Below the pieces are notes generated by a model, which did no database searches, had not been told where the DNA came from, and saw only the letters and a list, made by a program, of their open reading frames with translations. The position numbers were made by a program, and so were the translations under genes. This document shows positions 48,883 through 58,552 of a DNA stretch of 64,000 nt, one piece after another. The stretch is from an uncultured bacterium (GTDB taxonomy: Bacteria; Krumholzibacteriota; Krumholzibacteriia; Krumholzibacteriales; Krumholzibacteriaceae). The number at the start of each line of letters is the position of its first letter. Positions within the stretch are counted from its first letter, which is position 1. The stretch spans positions 64,001 to 128,000 of the forward strand of contig CBDUYR010000001.1 of assembly GCA_965371515.1 (NCBI GenBank). The letters run 5' to 3'.

Positions 48883-50127
48883 TTGTATTTCTTCTACTAT
48901 TTCCCTACAGGGCTCGATGTAAGGTCGCGCAGGACACCGGTGATCACGTATTTTCTCGCCGCGATGTGCGTAATCATCTTTGTTTTATATAAATACGGAC
49001 CCGTTGGGCGGGTGTGGAATCTTTCCAACCTCGTATTCCTGCCTTCGGCGCCGATACTGCCGACGTCGCTGAGCTACGTATTCCTCCACATGGGCTGGCT
49101 TCACCTGATCGGAAACATGGTTTACCTCGTCATTTTCGGGCGGGCGCTCGAAGACAGGTATGGTTCCGGCAGGTTCTTCGCGATATTCGCTCTGACAGCC
49201 ATGGCGGGGGCCTGGGTGCACGCCTGGCTCGTTGCCTGGCTTGCCCCCCGATTCCTCGTTTACGGTGTCATCGGGGCTTCCGGAGCGACCTCAGGGCTGC
49301 TCGGGGCGTTCATGGTGAGGCTGTACTATGCGAGGATAGAGGTCGCCTACTGGGTATTCATGCCTCTGCAGGCGGTGAACAAGGCCGGACGCAGGTTCAT
49401 ACCCGCCGTTATCGCCGTCTTATGCTGGTTTGCATACCAGGGCGCCTACGCTGCCGTGCAGTACGGTATGGACAGCGCCGGCGTTGCATACGGCGTCCAT
49501 GTCGGGGGATTCGGGGCGGGGGTCATCCTGGCGCTCCTCTTCGGCTCGCTTCCCGCCGCGAGGGCTGAGAAGCATCTCGCATATGCTCGCCGCGCATTCG
49601 CCAGGTCGGAATTCTTTGCAGCCCGGGCCGAATATCTCGAGTATCTCGAGAGAAGGCCGGACGATGCCCTTGTCCACGCCGAGGCGGCAAGAGCCAGCCT
49701 CTGCAGTGGAGAGGTCGACCTCGCGAGATCTCACTACTCGGAGGCCGTTTCCGGGCATTTAGACACCGGCGACAGGGGAGAGGCCGAGGAGGTCCTCTCC
49801 GAGGCTATGCGCTCGATCGAGGGCTTCACGCTCGGCGAGAGCCTGCACCTCGACCTCGCGTTCGGGATGGAGAGATCGATGAAATTCAGCCTGTCGCTCA
49901 CCGCATACGAGAATTTTACCCTCAGGTATCCGTTTTCACCCGATGCGCCTTTTATCCTGCTGAGGATGGCGGGGTTGCACGAGAGGCGGCTCGATCATCC
50001 GGACAGGGCCGTGGAATGCTACGAGAAGATCGTAAAATACTATCCGGACGACAGCTGGGCTGATTTCGCCGATAACGAGATATGGAGGCTCGGGCGGAGA
50101 GAGGTTCGCGGTGGCGAAAAATCTTGA
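48883..50127 (+). CDS. Rhomboid-family intramembrane serine protease fused to C-terminal TPRs
   Basis: FLHMGWLHLIGNM, GASG (Ser), VHVGGF (His); C-terminal TPR helices (AVECYEKIVKYYPD). Start uncertain (TTG 48883 or 48844). Confidence 0.85.
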   Translation: MYFFYYFPTGLDVRSRRTPVITYFLAAMCVIIFVLYKYGPVGRVWNLSNLVFLPSAPILPTSLSYVFLHMGWLHLIGNMVYLVIFGRALEDRYGSGRFFAIFALTAMAGAWVHAWLVAWLAPRFLVYGVIGASGATSGLLGAFMVRLYYARIEVAYWVFMPLQAVNKAGRRFIPAVIAVLCWFAYQGAYAAVQYGMDSAGVAYGVHVGGFGAGVILALLFGSLPAARAEKHLAYARRAFARSEFFAARAEYLEYLERRPDDALVHAEAARASLCSGEVDLARSHYSEAVSGHLDTGDRGEAEEVLSEAMRSIEGFTLGESLHLDLAFGMERSMKFSLSLTAYENFTLRYPFSPDAPFILLRMAGLHERRLDHPDRAVECYEKIVKYYPDDSWADFADNEIWRLGRREVRGGEKS

Positions 50128-50178
50128 ACGGTTATCGGTGTTCTGATACCTTGCAGCAGGAATGAGGGGTGGTGTGGT

Positions 50179-50859
50179 GTGAAGGACGAAAATAGCAGGA
50201 CTCTCGATGCGGTCAGGTCGAGGGGGTATCTCAGGGGATTCGGGCGAATCGCTGATACGGAGCTTCTCGCCCTTGTAATGGGGAGGCTCGGAACAAGGTC
50301 GAGCGGGTCTGTGGCGCAGGAGCTCGTTGACCACTACGGCGATCTCGCCGGGCTCGGTGAGGCGAGGATCGAGGAGCTGCTCTCCTTTCCCGGCATCGGG
50401 AGGACGGGCGCCTTCAGGCTTAAGGCGTCGTTCGAGCTGGGCAGGAGAAGCCTCGTCGAGGGGAAGGAGAGGGCCGTCAGGAAGGTCCGCTGCCCGGAGG
50501 ACGTGGCGTCGCTGCTGATCCCGGAGATGAAGGGCCTAGACAGGGAGTATTTCAAGGCGGTCCTTCTGAATACCAAGAACGGTATTCTCAAGATCGTCAC
50601 GGTAGCGATAGGCTCCCTGAACGCGGCGCTCGTACATCCGCGAGAGATCTTCAAGGAAGCGGTGGTGGCGAGTGCGGCCGGAATCATAATCGTTCATAAC
50701 CACCCTACCGGCAATCCCGAGCCGAGCAGGGAGGACACCGATCTTACGGTACGTTTTGCGCAATGCGGGGAATTGATGGGGATCGACCTGGTCGATCACA
50801 TCATCATCGGAGGTGACGGTTTCGTCAGCATGCGGGAGAGAGGCCTTGTTACATCCTGA
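50179..50859 (+). CDS. radC: RadC / UPF0758 JAB-domain protein
   Basis: ELLAL, GIG, ASFELGRR, VHPREIF, HNHPTGNPEPSRED, DHIIIG. Confidence 0.93.
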   Translation: MKDENSRTLDAVRSRGYLRGFGRIADTELLALVMGRLGTRSSGSVAQELVDHYGDLAGLGEARIEELLSFPGIGRTGAFRLKASFELGRRSLVEGKERAVRKVRCPEDVASLLIPEMKGLDREYFKAVLLNTKNGILKIVTVAIGSLNAALVHPREIFKEAVVASAAGIIIVHNHPTGNPEPSREDTDLTVRFAQCGELMGIDLVDHIIIGGDGFVSMRERGLVTS

Positions 50860-50874
50860 AAGAAAGGGACGGAA

Positions 50875-51909
50875 GTGTTAGGGCGAATCACGACATATTT
50901 CTCCAATGATATCGCGATAGACCTTGGAACGGCGAACACCCTCATATACCTCAAAGGCAGCGGCATCGTCCTCAACGAACCCTCGGTCGTCGCGGTCGAC
51001 CAGAGGACTAAAAAGATCTATGCGGTGGGGCTCGAGGCGAAGGCGATGCTCGGCAAGACGCCCGACCATATCGCGGCGGTGAGGCCGATGAAGGATGGCG
51101 TTATCGCCGATTTCGAGATCACAGAGGTGATGCTCCGGGAGTTCATCCGCAAGTCTCAGAAAAAGAGGTTCTTCATAAGGCCGCGTATAGTCATAAGCGT
51201 TCCCTCCGGGATCACCGAGGTAGAACGCAGGGCCGTCATAGATTCGGCGCAGAATGCCGGCGCGAGGGAAGTATACCTCGTCTCCGAGCCTATCGCCGCG
51301 GCGATAGGGGTGGGGCTTCCCGTAGACAAGCCGTCGGGGAACATGGTCATAGATATCGGCGGCGGCACGACGGAGATAGCCGTTATAGCGCTCAACGGGA
51401 TAGTGTCCGATATGTCGATACGAGTGGGCGGCGACAAGATGGACGAGGTGATCGTCCAGCACGTCAAGAAAGCTTATAACCTCCTGATCGGCGACCAGAC
51501 GGCCGAGCACGTCAAGAAGGTCATTGGATCGGCAACCAACCTCGGGCAGGAAGAGGAGATGGAGATCAAGGGCAGAGATCTTGTCTCCGGGATTCCCAAG
51601 ACTCTGCGTATCTCCAGCGTGGAGATCCGCGAGGCGCTCGCCGAGCCGATAAGCCAGATCGTCGTCGCGCTCAAGACCGCGCTCGAGCAGACCCCGCCCG
51701 AGCTCGCGGCCGATATCGTCGACAGGGGAATAGTAATGACGGGCGGCGGTTCGCTGCTCAGGGGCATCGACGTTCTTCTCAAGGAAGAGACCAACCTTCC
51801 GATAAACGTTGTCGAGGATCCGCTGACGTGCGTCGTGCTCGGCAGTGGAAAGGTGCTTGGGAACATCCACGAGTTCGAAGGCATCATAATGAAGAGCTCC
51901 CGGTTGTAG
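50875..51909 (+). CDS. mreB: Rod shape-determining protein MreB
   Basis: DIAIDLGTANTL, RPMKDGVIADF, DIGGGTTE, TGGGSLL. Confidence 0.98.
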   Translation: MLGRITTYFSNDIAIDLGTANTLIYLKGSGIVLNEPSVVAVDQRTKKIYAVGLEAKAMLGKTPDHIAAVRPMKDGVIADFEITEVMLREFIRKSQKKRFFIRPRIVISVPSGITEVERRAVIDSAQNAGAREVYLVSEPIAAAIGVGLPVDKPSGNMVIDIGGGTTEIAVIALNGIVSDMSIRVGGDKMDEVIVQHVKKAYNLLIGDQTAEHVKKVIGSATNLGQEEEMEIKGRDLVSGIPKTLRISSVEIREALAEPISQIVVALKTALEQTPPELAADIVDRGIVMTGGGSLLRGIDVLLKEETNLPINVVEDPLTCVVLGSGKVLGNIHEFEGIIMKSSRL

Positions 51910-51911
51910 GC

Positions 51912-52796
51912 ATGCAGATCTTTTCATTCCTTTTTGACCGACATCTCGAGAAAACGGTTCTCGCAGCCGCGATAGCCCTTTCGGTGTTCATGCTCACCAG
52001 GTCCGAGGACAGCCAGCTGGCGGCCGGGAAGAATATAAGCGCCTTCCTTCTCGAACCGGTCGACAGGGCTGAGGATTACTTTGTCAACGCCAGGAAACTG
52101 AGCGCGGAAAACGACAGTCTCCGCGAACGCGTAGTATCGTTGCAATACGAAAATGAGAGGATCACACAGTTCAGGGACGAGAGAAACCGGCTGAGAGAGC
52201 TGGCCGGTTTCAGGGAGGACTCGTTCTACGTGTTCCTGCCGTGCGACGTGATCGCCAGGTCGTCGAACAGGTTCCATCATTCGATAACGGTCGACCGCGG
52301 TTCCGACGCCGGAGTGCTCCCAGGCATGCCGGTCGTAGGTTACAGGGGGCTGGCCGGCCGCGTGACGCAGGTGTTTCGCTCCTCGTCGCGCGTCCTTCTC
52401 CTCAACAACAAGTCCGTTTCGGTCAGTTGCCTCGTGAAACGAAGCAGGGTGGTAGGTGTGCTCGCGTGGGAGAGAGGAACCCTCTTCAGCCTCGACTACG
52501 TCGGCAAGGAAGAGGACGTCCGTCAGGGGGACACCCTCATCACCTCGGGGTTCGGCAGGGTCTTTCCCAAGGGATTTCCCGTCGGCTCCGTCGTCCATTC
52601 GACAGAGGAGAAGACCGAGCTCTCGCGCAGGGTCGGCATCGTATGCATGACCGACTTTAACAAGCTCGAGGAAGTCTTCATCATCACCGGCGGCAGGGAG
52701 TGGGAAGGCGGCGAGGCCTGGCTCGAGATGGAGAAGAGCAGGCGGGAAAAAGAAAAGGCGGATGAAAAGGACGATGGGGGAGGTGGTGAGCAGTGA
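51912..52796 (+). CDS. mreC: Rod shape-determining protein MreC
   Basis: TM plus coiled coil (ENDSLR, ERNRLREL), TVDRGSDAGV, GLAGRV, GDTLITSGFGRVFPKGFPVG. Confidence 0.93.
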   Translation: MQIFSFLFDRHLEKTVLAAAIALSVFMLTRSEDSQLAAGKNISAFLLEPVDRAEDYFVNARKLSAENDSLRERVVSLQYENERITQFRDERNRLRELAGFREDSFYVFLPCDVIARSSNRFHHSITVDRGSDAGVLPGMPVVGYRGLAGRVTQVFRSSSRVLLLNNKSVSVSCLVKRSRVVGVLAWERGTLFSLDYVGKEEDVRQGDTLITSGFGRVFPKGFPVGSVVHSTEEKTELSRRVGIVCMTDFNKLEEVFIITGGREWEGGEAWLEMEKSRREKEKADEKDDGGGGEQ

Positions 52797-53293
52797 CGTA
52801 CGTACTGAGGGTCGTGCTCGCGGCGTTCATCGTATTCATCCTCCAGGTCACCGTCATGAGCAAGGTTGAGGTGGCCGGCGCCTCGCCCGACCTGATGATG
52901 GTCATGCTCGTCGTGCTGGTCATCGACAGGAAGCCGATAGCCGGCATCATCGCCGGGTTCCTGCTCGGTTTTCTTCAGGACCTCGGCAACGCCTCGTTCC
53001 TCGGGATGAACGCGCTGGCCAAATCGCTCGTCGGATACGGCATAGCCAGGTACGGGAGGGATTACCTGCCGGACAACATCCTCTTCAAGGGGCTGCTTGT
53101 CTTCATCGCCTGCCTGATCCACGACATCATCAAGCTCCATATCACGACCTCGTTCGATTCGGCCGATGTGATCGTCGCGTTCTTTCGATACTCGATCCTG
53201 TCTGCCGCGTACACCGCGCTGCTCGCGGTACTCGTAATGCAGATCATCGACATACTTCCGAGAAGGATGGTGCGCTCCGGTGGCAGGTATTGA
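52793..53293 (+). CDS. mreD: Rod shape-determining protein MreD
   Basis: Hydrophobic; PDL, GFLLGFLQD, LGMNAL; follows mreC. Confidence 0.9.
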   Translation: MTYVLRVVLAAFIVFILQVTVMSKVEVAGASPDLMMVMLVVLVIDRKPIAGIIAGFLLGFLQDLGNASFLGMNALAKSLVGYGIARYGRDYLPDNILFKGLLVFIACLIHDIIKLHITTSFDSADVIVAFFRYSILSAAYTALLAVLVMQIIDILPRRMVRSGGRY

Positions 53294-55127
53294 CGTCAGC
53301 AGCGAGAGGCTTCTCGAGAGAAGGCGTACCATATTGCTCGTTATCCTCGCCGGCGTCCTGATCGTGCTGGCGGTGTGGCTCTTCTATCTCCAGGTATTCC
53401 AGAAAGACAAGTACAGCAGGCTGGCCCTCTCGAACAGGATACAAAAAGAGGACATCCCCGCCCCGAGGGGGCTGATCTGGTCGGCAGACACATTGAAGCT
53501 TGTAGTGAACGTTCCCGTCTACCAGATCAGCATCCTGCCGAACAGGATCCCGGGAAGAGAGGACCGGCTCAGCCTTGCGTGCAGATGGCTCGGGATCGAT
53601 GAGGAGAAACTCGCCTCGTCGCTCGCCGTATGGAACGAGAAATATCCCGACGGGCGGGAGATGACTGTCGTCCAGGCTGCAGACAAGGGACAGATTTCGA
53701 TACTGACCGAAAACAGGGCCCTATTCCCGTTCTTCAGTCTCGAGATGAAGCACAGGAGGCAATACCCCGAGGGAAAGCTTGCCGCGCATCTTCTCGGCTA
53801 TACGGGCGAGGTCTCGGATACCGAGCTTAAGGAGCCGGGCGATCTGCGAAGAGGCGACATCATCGGCAGGACGGGCATTGAGTATGTCTATGAGGAGTTC
53901 CTCAGGGGACAGCATGGCGTCAGGATCATCGAGATCAGCGCCGAGGGGACACGGATAGGAGAATATGTCGGGATGGTGGAGAACGAGCAGCTCGAGGGCC
54001 GTGTCGAATCGAGGCCTCCTGTCCCGGGACATGACGTGTTTTTAACGATCGATCTCGCCCTGCAGAGGAAGGTCGAGGCGGCGTTCGAATGGAACAAGGG
54101 GGCCGTCGTCATCATGGACCCGCGCAACGGCGCCATCCTTGCCGCGGTGAGCAGGCCCTGCTACGATCCGAACGTCTTCATCGGAGGCATAAGCACGGAG
54201 GACTGGCGGCTGCTCGACGAGGATCCTGACAAACCCCTCTTCAACAGGACCGTGCAGGCTACGTATCCCCCCGCGTCGACCTTCAAGATGATCGTCGCCT
54301 ACGCCGGTGTGAGTGCCGGAGTGATCTCGACTGCCGAGAGGTTGAAGCCATGCTTCGGCGGCTACCAGTTCGGCAACAGGTACTTCCGCTGCTGGAAATC
54401 CGAGGGTCACGGTTCGTCCAACCTCACAGAGGCGATCTTCAACTCCTGCGATGTCTATTTCTACCAGCTTGGCCAGAAGCTCAAGGCCGACGAGTTTGCT
54501 TATGCAGGGAGGCTTTTCGGCTTCGGCAGGAAGACGGGGATCGACCTGCCGAGCGAGGCGAGGGGCATCCTTCCCGACCAGGCTTACTATGACAGGAAAC
54601 ACGGAAAGGGAAAGTGGACGAAGGGACATCTGCTTAACTACTCGATCGGGCAGGGCGACGCTCTGGCGACGCCGATCCAGCTCTGCCAGATGGCGGCGAT
54701 GATAGGCAACGGCGGAAAGAGGATCAAGCCGCACATCGTCGACAGGATCGAGGATTCAGAGGGCAGCGAGATATTCAGATTCGGCGAGACTCCGGAGAAA
54801 GTGTCTCAGATAGACCTGACGCTGCTGAGGTTCATACAGAGATCGATGCGGGCGGTCGTAGCGGGAAAGACCGGGACGGGCCGGGCCGCCGCTATTCCCG
54901 GCGTGGCCGTTTGCGGGAAGACGGGGACGGCCCAGAACCCGCACGGTGAGGACCACGCCCTGTTCGTGGGCTACGCACCAGCCGGAGATCCCGAGATAGC
55001 GCTTGCGATAGTCCTCGAGAATGCCGGCCATGGAGGCGCAATGGCGGCGCCGCTGGCGAGAAAGATATTTTCGGCCTATTTCGACTCTCTCACCGTGATG
55101 GGGGCCGCCGGGGAGGAGAAGCGATGA
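53280..55127 (+). CDS. mrdA: Penicillin-binding protein 2
   Basis: PAPRGLI, RQYP, GRTGIE, YPPASTFK (SxxK), SCD, KTGTAQ. Confidence 0.96.
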   Translation: MAGIDVSSERLLERRRTILLVILAGVLIVLAVWLFYLQVFQKDKYSRLALSNRIQKEDIPAPRGLIWSADTLKLVVNVPVYQISILPNRIPGREDRLSLACRWLGIDEEKLASSLAVWNEKYPDGREMTVVQAADKGQISILTENRALFPFFSLEMKHRRQYPEGKLAAHLLGYTGEVSDTELKEPGDLRRGDIIGRTGIEYVYEEFLRGQHGVRIIEISAEGTRIGEYVGMVENEQLEGRVESRPPVPGHDVFLTIDLALQRKVEAAFEWNKGAVVIMDPRNGAILAAVSRPCYDPNVFIGGISTEDWRLLDEDPDKPLFNRTVQATYPPASTFKMIVAYAGVSAGVISTAERLKPCFGGYQFGNRYFRCWKSEGHGSSNLTEAIFNSCDVYFYQLGQKLKADEFAYAGRLFGFGRKTGIDLPSEARGILPDQAYYDRKHGKGKWTKGHLLNYSIGQGDALATPIQLCQMAAMIGNGGKRIKPHIVDRIEDSEGSEIFRFGETPEKVSQIDLTLLRFIQRSMRAVVAGKTGTGRAAAIPGVAVCGKTGTAQNPHGEDHALFVGYAPAGDPEIALAIVLENAGHGGAMAAPLARKIFSAYFDSLTVMGAAGEEKR

Positions 55128-56392
55128 GCGACAGGTCGCTGCAGAATCTCGACTGGCTCGTCCTGATGTCGACTCTACTCCTGATCGTGATCGGCCTGCT
55201 CAATCTCTATTCGGTCGGGCACGTTCCCGCCGAACTCAGAGAGACGTTCGAAGGCGGAAACATGAGGTTCTTCCAGAGACAGGTCATATGGAGCGTCATA
55301 GGCCTGGGTGTCATGTTCCTCGCCTACTTCATACCCTTCAGGTATTATGAGGGGGGCGCCGTGATATTCTACTTCACGGTACTCATCATGCTTGTGATCG
55401 TGCTCCTGATGGGAGCGGCCAAGGGATCGAGCAGATGGATAGTAATGGGAGGGTTCCGGTTCCAGCCGAGCGAGGTGATGAAGGTCTCCCTGGTCTTTCT
55501 TCTCGCGCGGTTTCTCGCCGAAAAGAGGCACGATCCCAACAGGTTGAGGATCCTCTCCGCGGCCACCGCGATGACCCTCGTCCCGTTCCTGCTCATCGTC
55601 AAGCAGCCCGATCTTGGAACGGCGCTCGTATATCCGGCCCTGCTGCTGACGATCCTCTACTGGCGGGGCCTCGACGAGGGACTGATGATCCTGATCCTCA
55701 GCCCGGTAGTCAGCGCCTTCCTCACCGTTTTCAGTCAGAGCGCCCTTCAGAGCGGCAATTACCCGTTCATTCTGCTGGCCTTCTTCGTCGGCATCCTGAT
55801 AATCGCGTACAGGCGGCGGGAAAAGATTTTCCAGAGCATCTTCCTAGTGGCGGTGAACCTGTCCGTAATGCTCGTGATTCCTGCTCTGATAGAGCGTCTC
55901 AAACCTTACCAGCAACTGAGAATCCTCGCCTTTCTAAGGCCCGAGTCGGATATCCTCGGTTCGGGATGGCAGGTATACCAGTCGAAAGTGGCCGTCGGCT
56001 CGGGAGGCTTTCTCGGGAAGGGATTCCTCAGAGGGAGCCAGAAGCTTCTCGCCTTTCTTCCCGAGCGGCATAGCGACTTCGTATATTCGGTCCTGTCGGA
56101 AGAGGCGGGCTATATCGGCGCGATCAGCGTGCTCATCCTCTTCTCGGTCATAATCGTTCGCGGCCTCTACCTTGCCACCAAGGTCAAGAGCAGGTTCGCC
56201 TCGCTGGCCATCATCGGCATCTGCTCGTATTTCACTTTTCACGTGGCTGTAAACATCGGCATGACGATCGGGCTCGCACCGGTGACGGGCCTGCCCATAC
56301 CCTTCCTGAGCTACGGGGGCAGCTCGATGCTGGTGAGCTGCTTCTTCATCGGGGTGCTTCTGAATTTCGGATCGAGCTTTTACGAGTATTGA
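55124..56392 (+). CDS. rodA: SEDS peptidoglycan polymerase RodA
   Basis: FQPSEVMK, QPDLGTA, QSKVAVGSGG, FLPERHSDF, PVTGLPIPFLSYGGSS. Confidence 0.96.
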   Translation: MSDRSLQNLDWLVLMSTLLLIVIGLLNLYSVGHVPAELRETFEGGNMRFFQRQVIWSVIGLGVMFLAYFIPFRYYEGGAVIFYFTVLIMLVIVLLMGAAKGSSRWIVMGGFRFQPSEVMKVSLVFLLARFLAEKRHDPNRLRILSAATAMTLVPFLLIVKQPDLGTALVYPALLLTILYWRGLDEGLMILILSPVVSAFLTVFSQSALQSGNYPFILLAFFVGILIIAYRRREKIFQSIFLVAVNLSVMLVIPALIERLKPYQQLRILAFLRPESDILGSGWQVYQSKVAVGSGGFLGKGFLRGSQKLLAFLPERHSDFVYSVLSEEAGYIGAISVLILFSVIIVRGLYLATKVKSRFASLAIIGICSYFTFHVAVNIGMTIGLAPVTGLPIPFLSYGGSSMLVSCFFIGVLLNFGSSFYEY

Positions 56393-56416
56393 GGAGGAAC
56401 CGGCCTGAAAGAGATC

Positions 56417-57733
56417 GTGGAGAAGGTTCTCGACATGGCCGCCGACAGGGGGCTCGAATGCGAGATCTACGGCGAGGATGCTGAAAGCTTCCAGGTCGAG
56501 GTCTTCCGCGGAGAAGTCGAGTCGGTCGATCGGGCGAAGGAAGCGGGCCTTGGCATGAGGGCTGTCTGTGGTGGCAGGGTCGGGTTCGCGTGGACGTGCG
56601 ATCTTTCCGACGAGGGGCTTGCCGTCCTTCTCACCGAGGCGGAATCCAACGCTGCATCGGGAGACGAGACGGACGTTGCCGTACTTGCCGATGGAGACGG
56701 CCGGGAGACGCCTGCCGGAGAGAAGCGGCAGTATCCGCGCGAGACGCCGGTGGAGATGAAGATAGAAGGCACCCTCGCCATGGAGGAGGCAGCGATTGCA
56801 GTCGACGGGAGGATCAAGGGGAGCGAGGGGGCGTCGTACTCCGAGGTGACATATACGATCTGCGTTGCCGGGACGAGGGGTTTCCTCAGGACGAGGTGTG
56901 GAGGTTATTGCTCCTGCTCGATCGGCGCGGCAGCCGCTTCGGACGGAGAGGTCAGGTCCGGGTGGGCGTACGCCCAGGCTCCGCTGCCCGGCATGCTCGA
57001 CTTCCGGAAGACCGGGATCGAAGCGGGTGGCAGGGCTGCAGGGCTGCTCGGCGGTACGCCGATGCCGACTGGAAGATACGCCGTCGTATTCGATGCCCTC
57101 GCGTTTACCGAGATCGTCTCCCTGCTCGGCGAGGTCCTGTCCGCCGAGATGGTGGCCAGGGGATCCTCGGTCTTCCGCGGCAGGCTCGGTGGGAAGGTGG
57201 CGTCGGAAGTCTTCACGCTGATCGATGATCCCTTTCTCGGCGACGGGTGTTTCAACGCTCCCTTCGACGACGAGGGAGTTCCCTGCAGCAGAAGGGAGCT
57301 CGTTTCCGGGGGAGTGCTGGAGGGATTCCTGCATAACAGCTATTCGGTGAGAAAGCTCGGGCGGGGGACTGCCGGCAACGCTTTCCGAGGCTCGTTCAAG
57401 AGCATTCCCGTTCCCGGGACGACGAATCTTTTCGTCGGGCCGGGAACAGCCGATACGGATGAACTTGTCGAATCTCTCGGGAATGGTATATATATACAGG
57501 ATGTGATGGGAATGCATACCGCCGATCCGATCTCGGGGGATTTCTCCGTCGGGATAACCGGGTACGAGGTCCGCGGCGGGAAGAAGGAAAGAGCGATCTG
57601 CGAGATGACGATAAGCGGAAACGTCGTGTCGCTTCTCGAGGGGATCGCGGCGACGGGAAGAGCGATCAGTTTCGCCGGGCGGGTCGGCTCGCCACCCGTT
57701 CTGGTCGAAGGGTTGAGCGTGAGCGGCAGATAG
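56417..57733 (+). CDS. pmbA: TldE/PmbA-family protein (no HExxxH)
   Basis: GLGMRA, GRVGFA, TLIDDP, PFDDEGVP, ISGDFS, EMTISGN, GSP. Start may be CTG at 56405 (best spacing from GAGGAGG). Confidence 0.85.
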   Translation: MEKVLDMAADRGLECEIYGEDAESFQVEVFRGEVESVDRAKEAGLGMRAVCGGRVGFAWTCDLSDEGLAVLLTEAESNAASGDETDVAVLADGDGRETPAGEKRQYPRETPVEMKIEGTLAMEEAAIAVDGRIKGSEGASYSEVTYTICVAGTRGFLRTRCGGYCSCSIGAAAASDGEVRSGWAYAQAPLPGMLDFRKTGIEAGGRAAGLLGGTPMPTGRYAVVFDALAFTEIVSLLGEVLSAEMVARGSSVFRGRLGGKVASEVFTLIDDPFLGDGCFNAPFDDEGVPCSRRELVSGGVLEGFLHNSYSVRKLGRGTAGNAFRGSFKSIPVPGTTNLFVGPGTADTDELVESLGNGIYIQDVMGMHTADPISGDFSVGITGYEVRGGKKERAICEMTISGNVVSLLEGIAATGRAISFAGRVGSPPVLVEGLSVSGR

Positions 57734-57742
57734 GAGAGGGCA

Positions 57743-58516
57743 ATGCATCCGATTCTGATAGATCTGGGAAGGCTCAAGATATACTCGTACGGTTTCATGC
57801 TGGCGCTGAGCTTTCTGATCGGGATAGTGATCTCCTCCAGGCGCGCAGGCAGGCGCGGGATAAACCCCGACATCATCTACGATCTCAGCATCATCCTTGT
57901 TCTTGGAGCGGTGTTGGGCTCGCGGGGGCTCTACATCCTGACGCACATGGACCATTTCAACAGCATCGTGGATGTCGTCGCCATATGGCAGGGAGGCGCT
58001 ACGTTTTACGGAGGCCTCATTCTCGCCGTGGCGGGCGCGATCGTCTTCCTCAGGATAAAGAAGATATCGTTCTTCCGCCTGGCCGACATCGGCGCCCCTT
58101 CGATCGCGGCGGGCGTGTTCATCACGAGGTGGGGGTGTTTCCTCAGCGGCTGCTGCTTCGGGAATCCGACGTCCTGCCCGATCGGGGTCGTCTTTCCCCC
58201 CGGATCGCCCGCCGGACACCATCATGCGGGAGTCCCGATCCATCCGACCCAGATATACTCGTCGCTCTACGGACTGGTAATATTCGTGATACTCATACTG
58301 CTCGACAGGAAGGAGCGCTTCGACGGGTTCCTCTTCGCCTGGCTCTGCATCCTGTACGGCATCGCGAGGTTCATCGTCGATTTCTTCCGTTTCTACGAGG
58401 ACTCGGCCATTGTCGCCGGCGGCCTGACGGACAACCAGGTGATAAGCATCGTGCTGATCCTGCTCGGGGCTGTTTATCTCGCTGTTGGACAGGCGAGACA
58501 GGCGCGCGCGGCCTGA
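57743..58516 (+). CDS. lgt: Prolipoprotein diacylglyceryl transferase
   Basis: MHPIL, IYSYG, GGATFYGG, RWGCFLSGCCFG, HPTQIY, YGIARFIVDFFR. Confidence 0.94.
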   Translation: MHPILIDLGRLKIYSYGFMLALSFLIGIVISSRRAGRRGINPDIIYDLSIILVLGAVLGSRGLYILTHMDHFNSIVDVVAIWQGGATFYGGLILAVAGAIVFLRIKKISFFRLADIGAPSIAAGVFITRWGCFLSGCCFGNPTSCPIGVVFPPGSPAGHHHAGVPIHPTQIYSSLYGLVIFVILILLDRKERFDGFLFAWLCILYGIARFIVDFFRFYEDSAIVAGGLTDNQVISIVLILLGAVYLAVGQARQARAA

Positions 58517-58552
58517 CGGCGAAGGCTTTCCGGCCGGCCGGAAGGTGGAGGT

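Noticed and set aside
50179..50859. radC as a marker of a mobile or anti-restriction element
   Set aside because: It is a full-length chromosomal type with an N-terminal HhH region, in the housekeeping radC-mreBCD context, with no mobility genes nearby.
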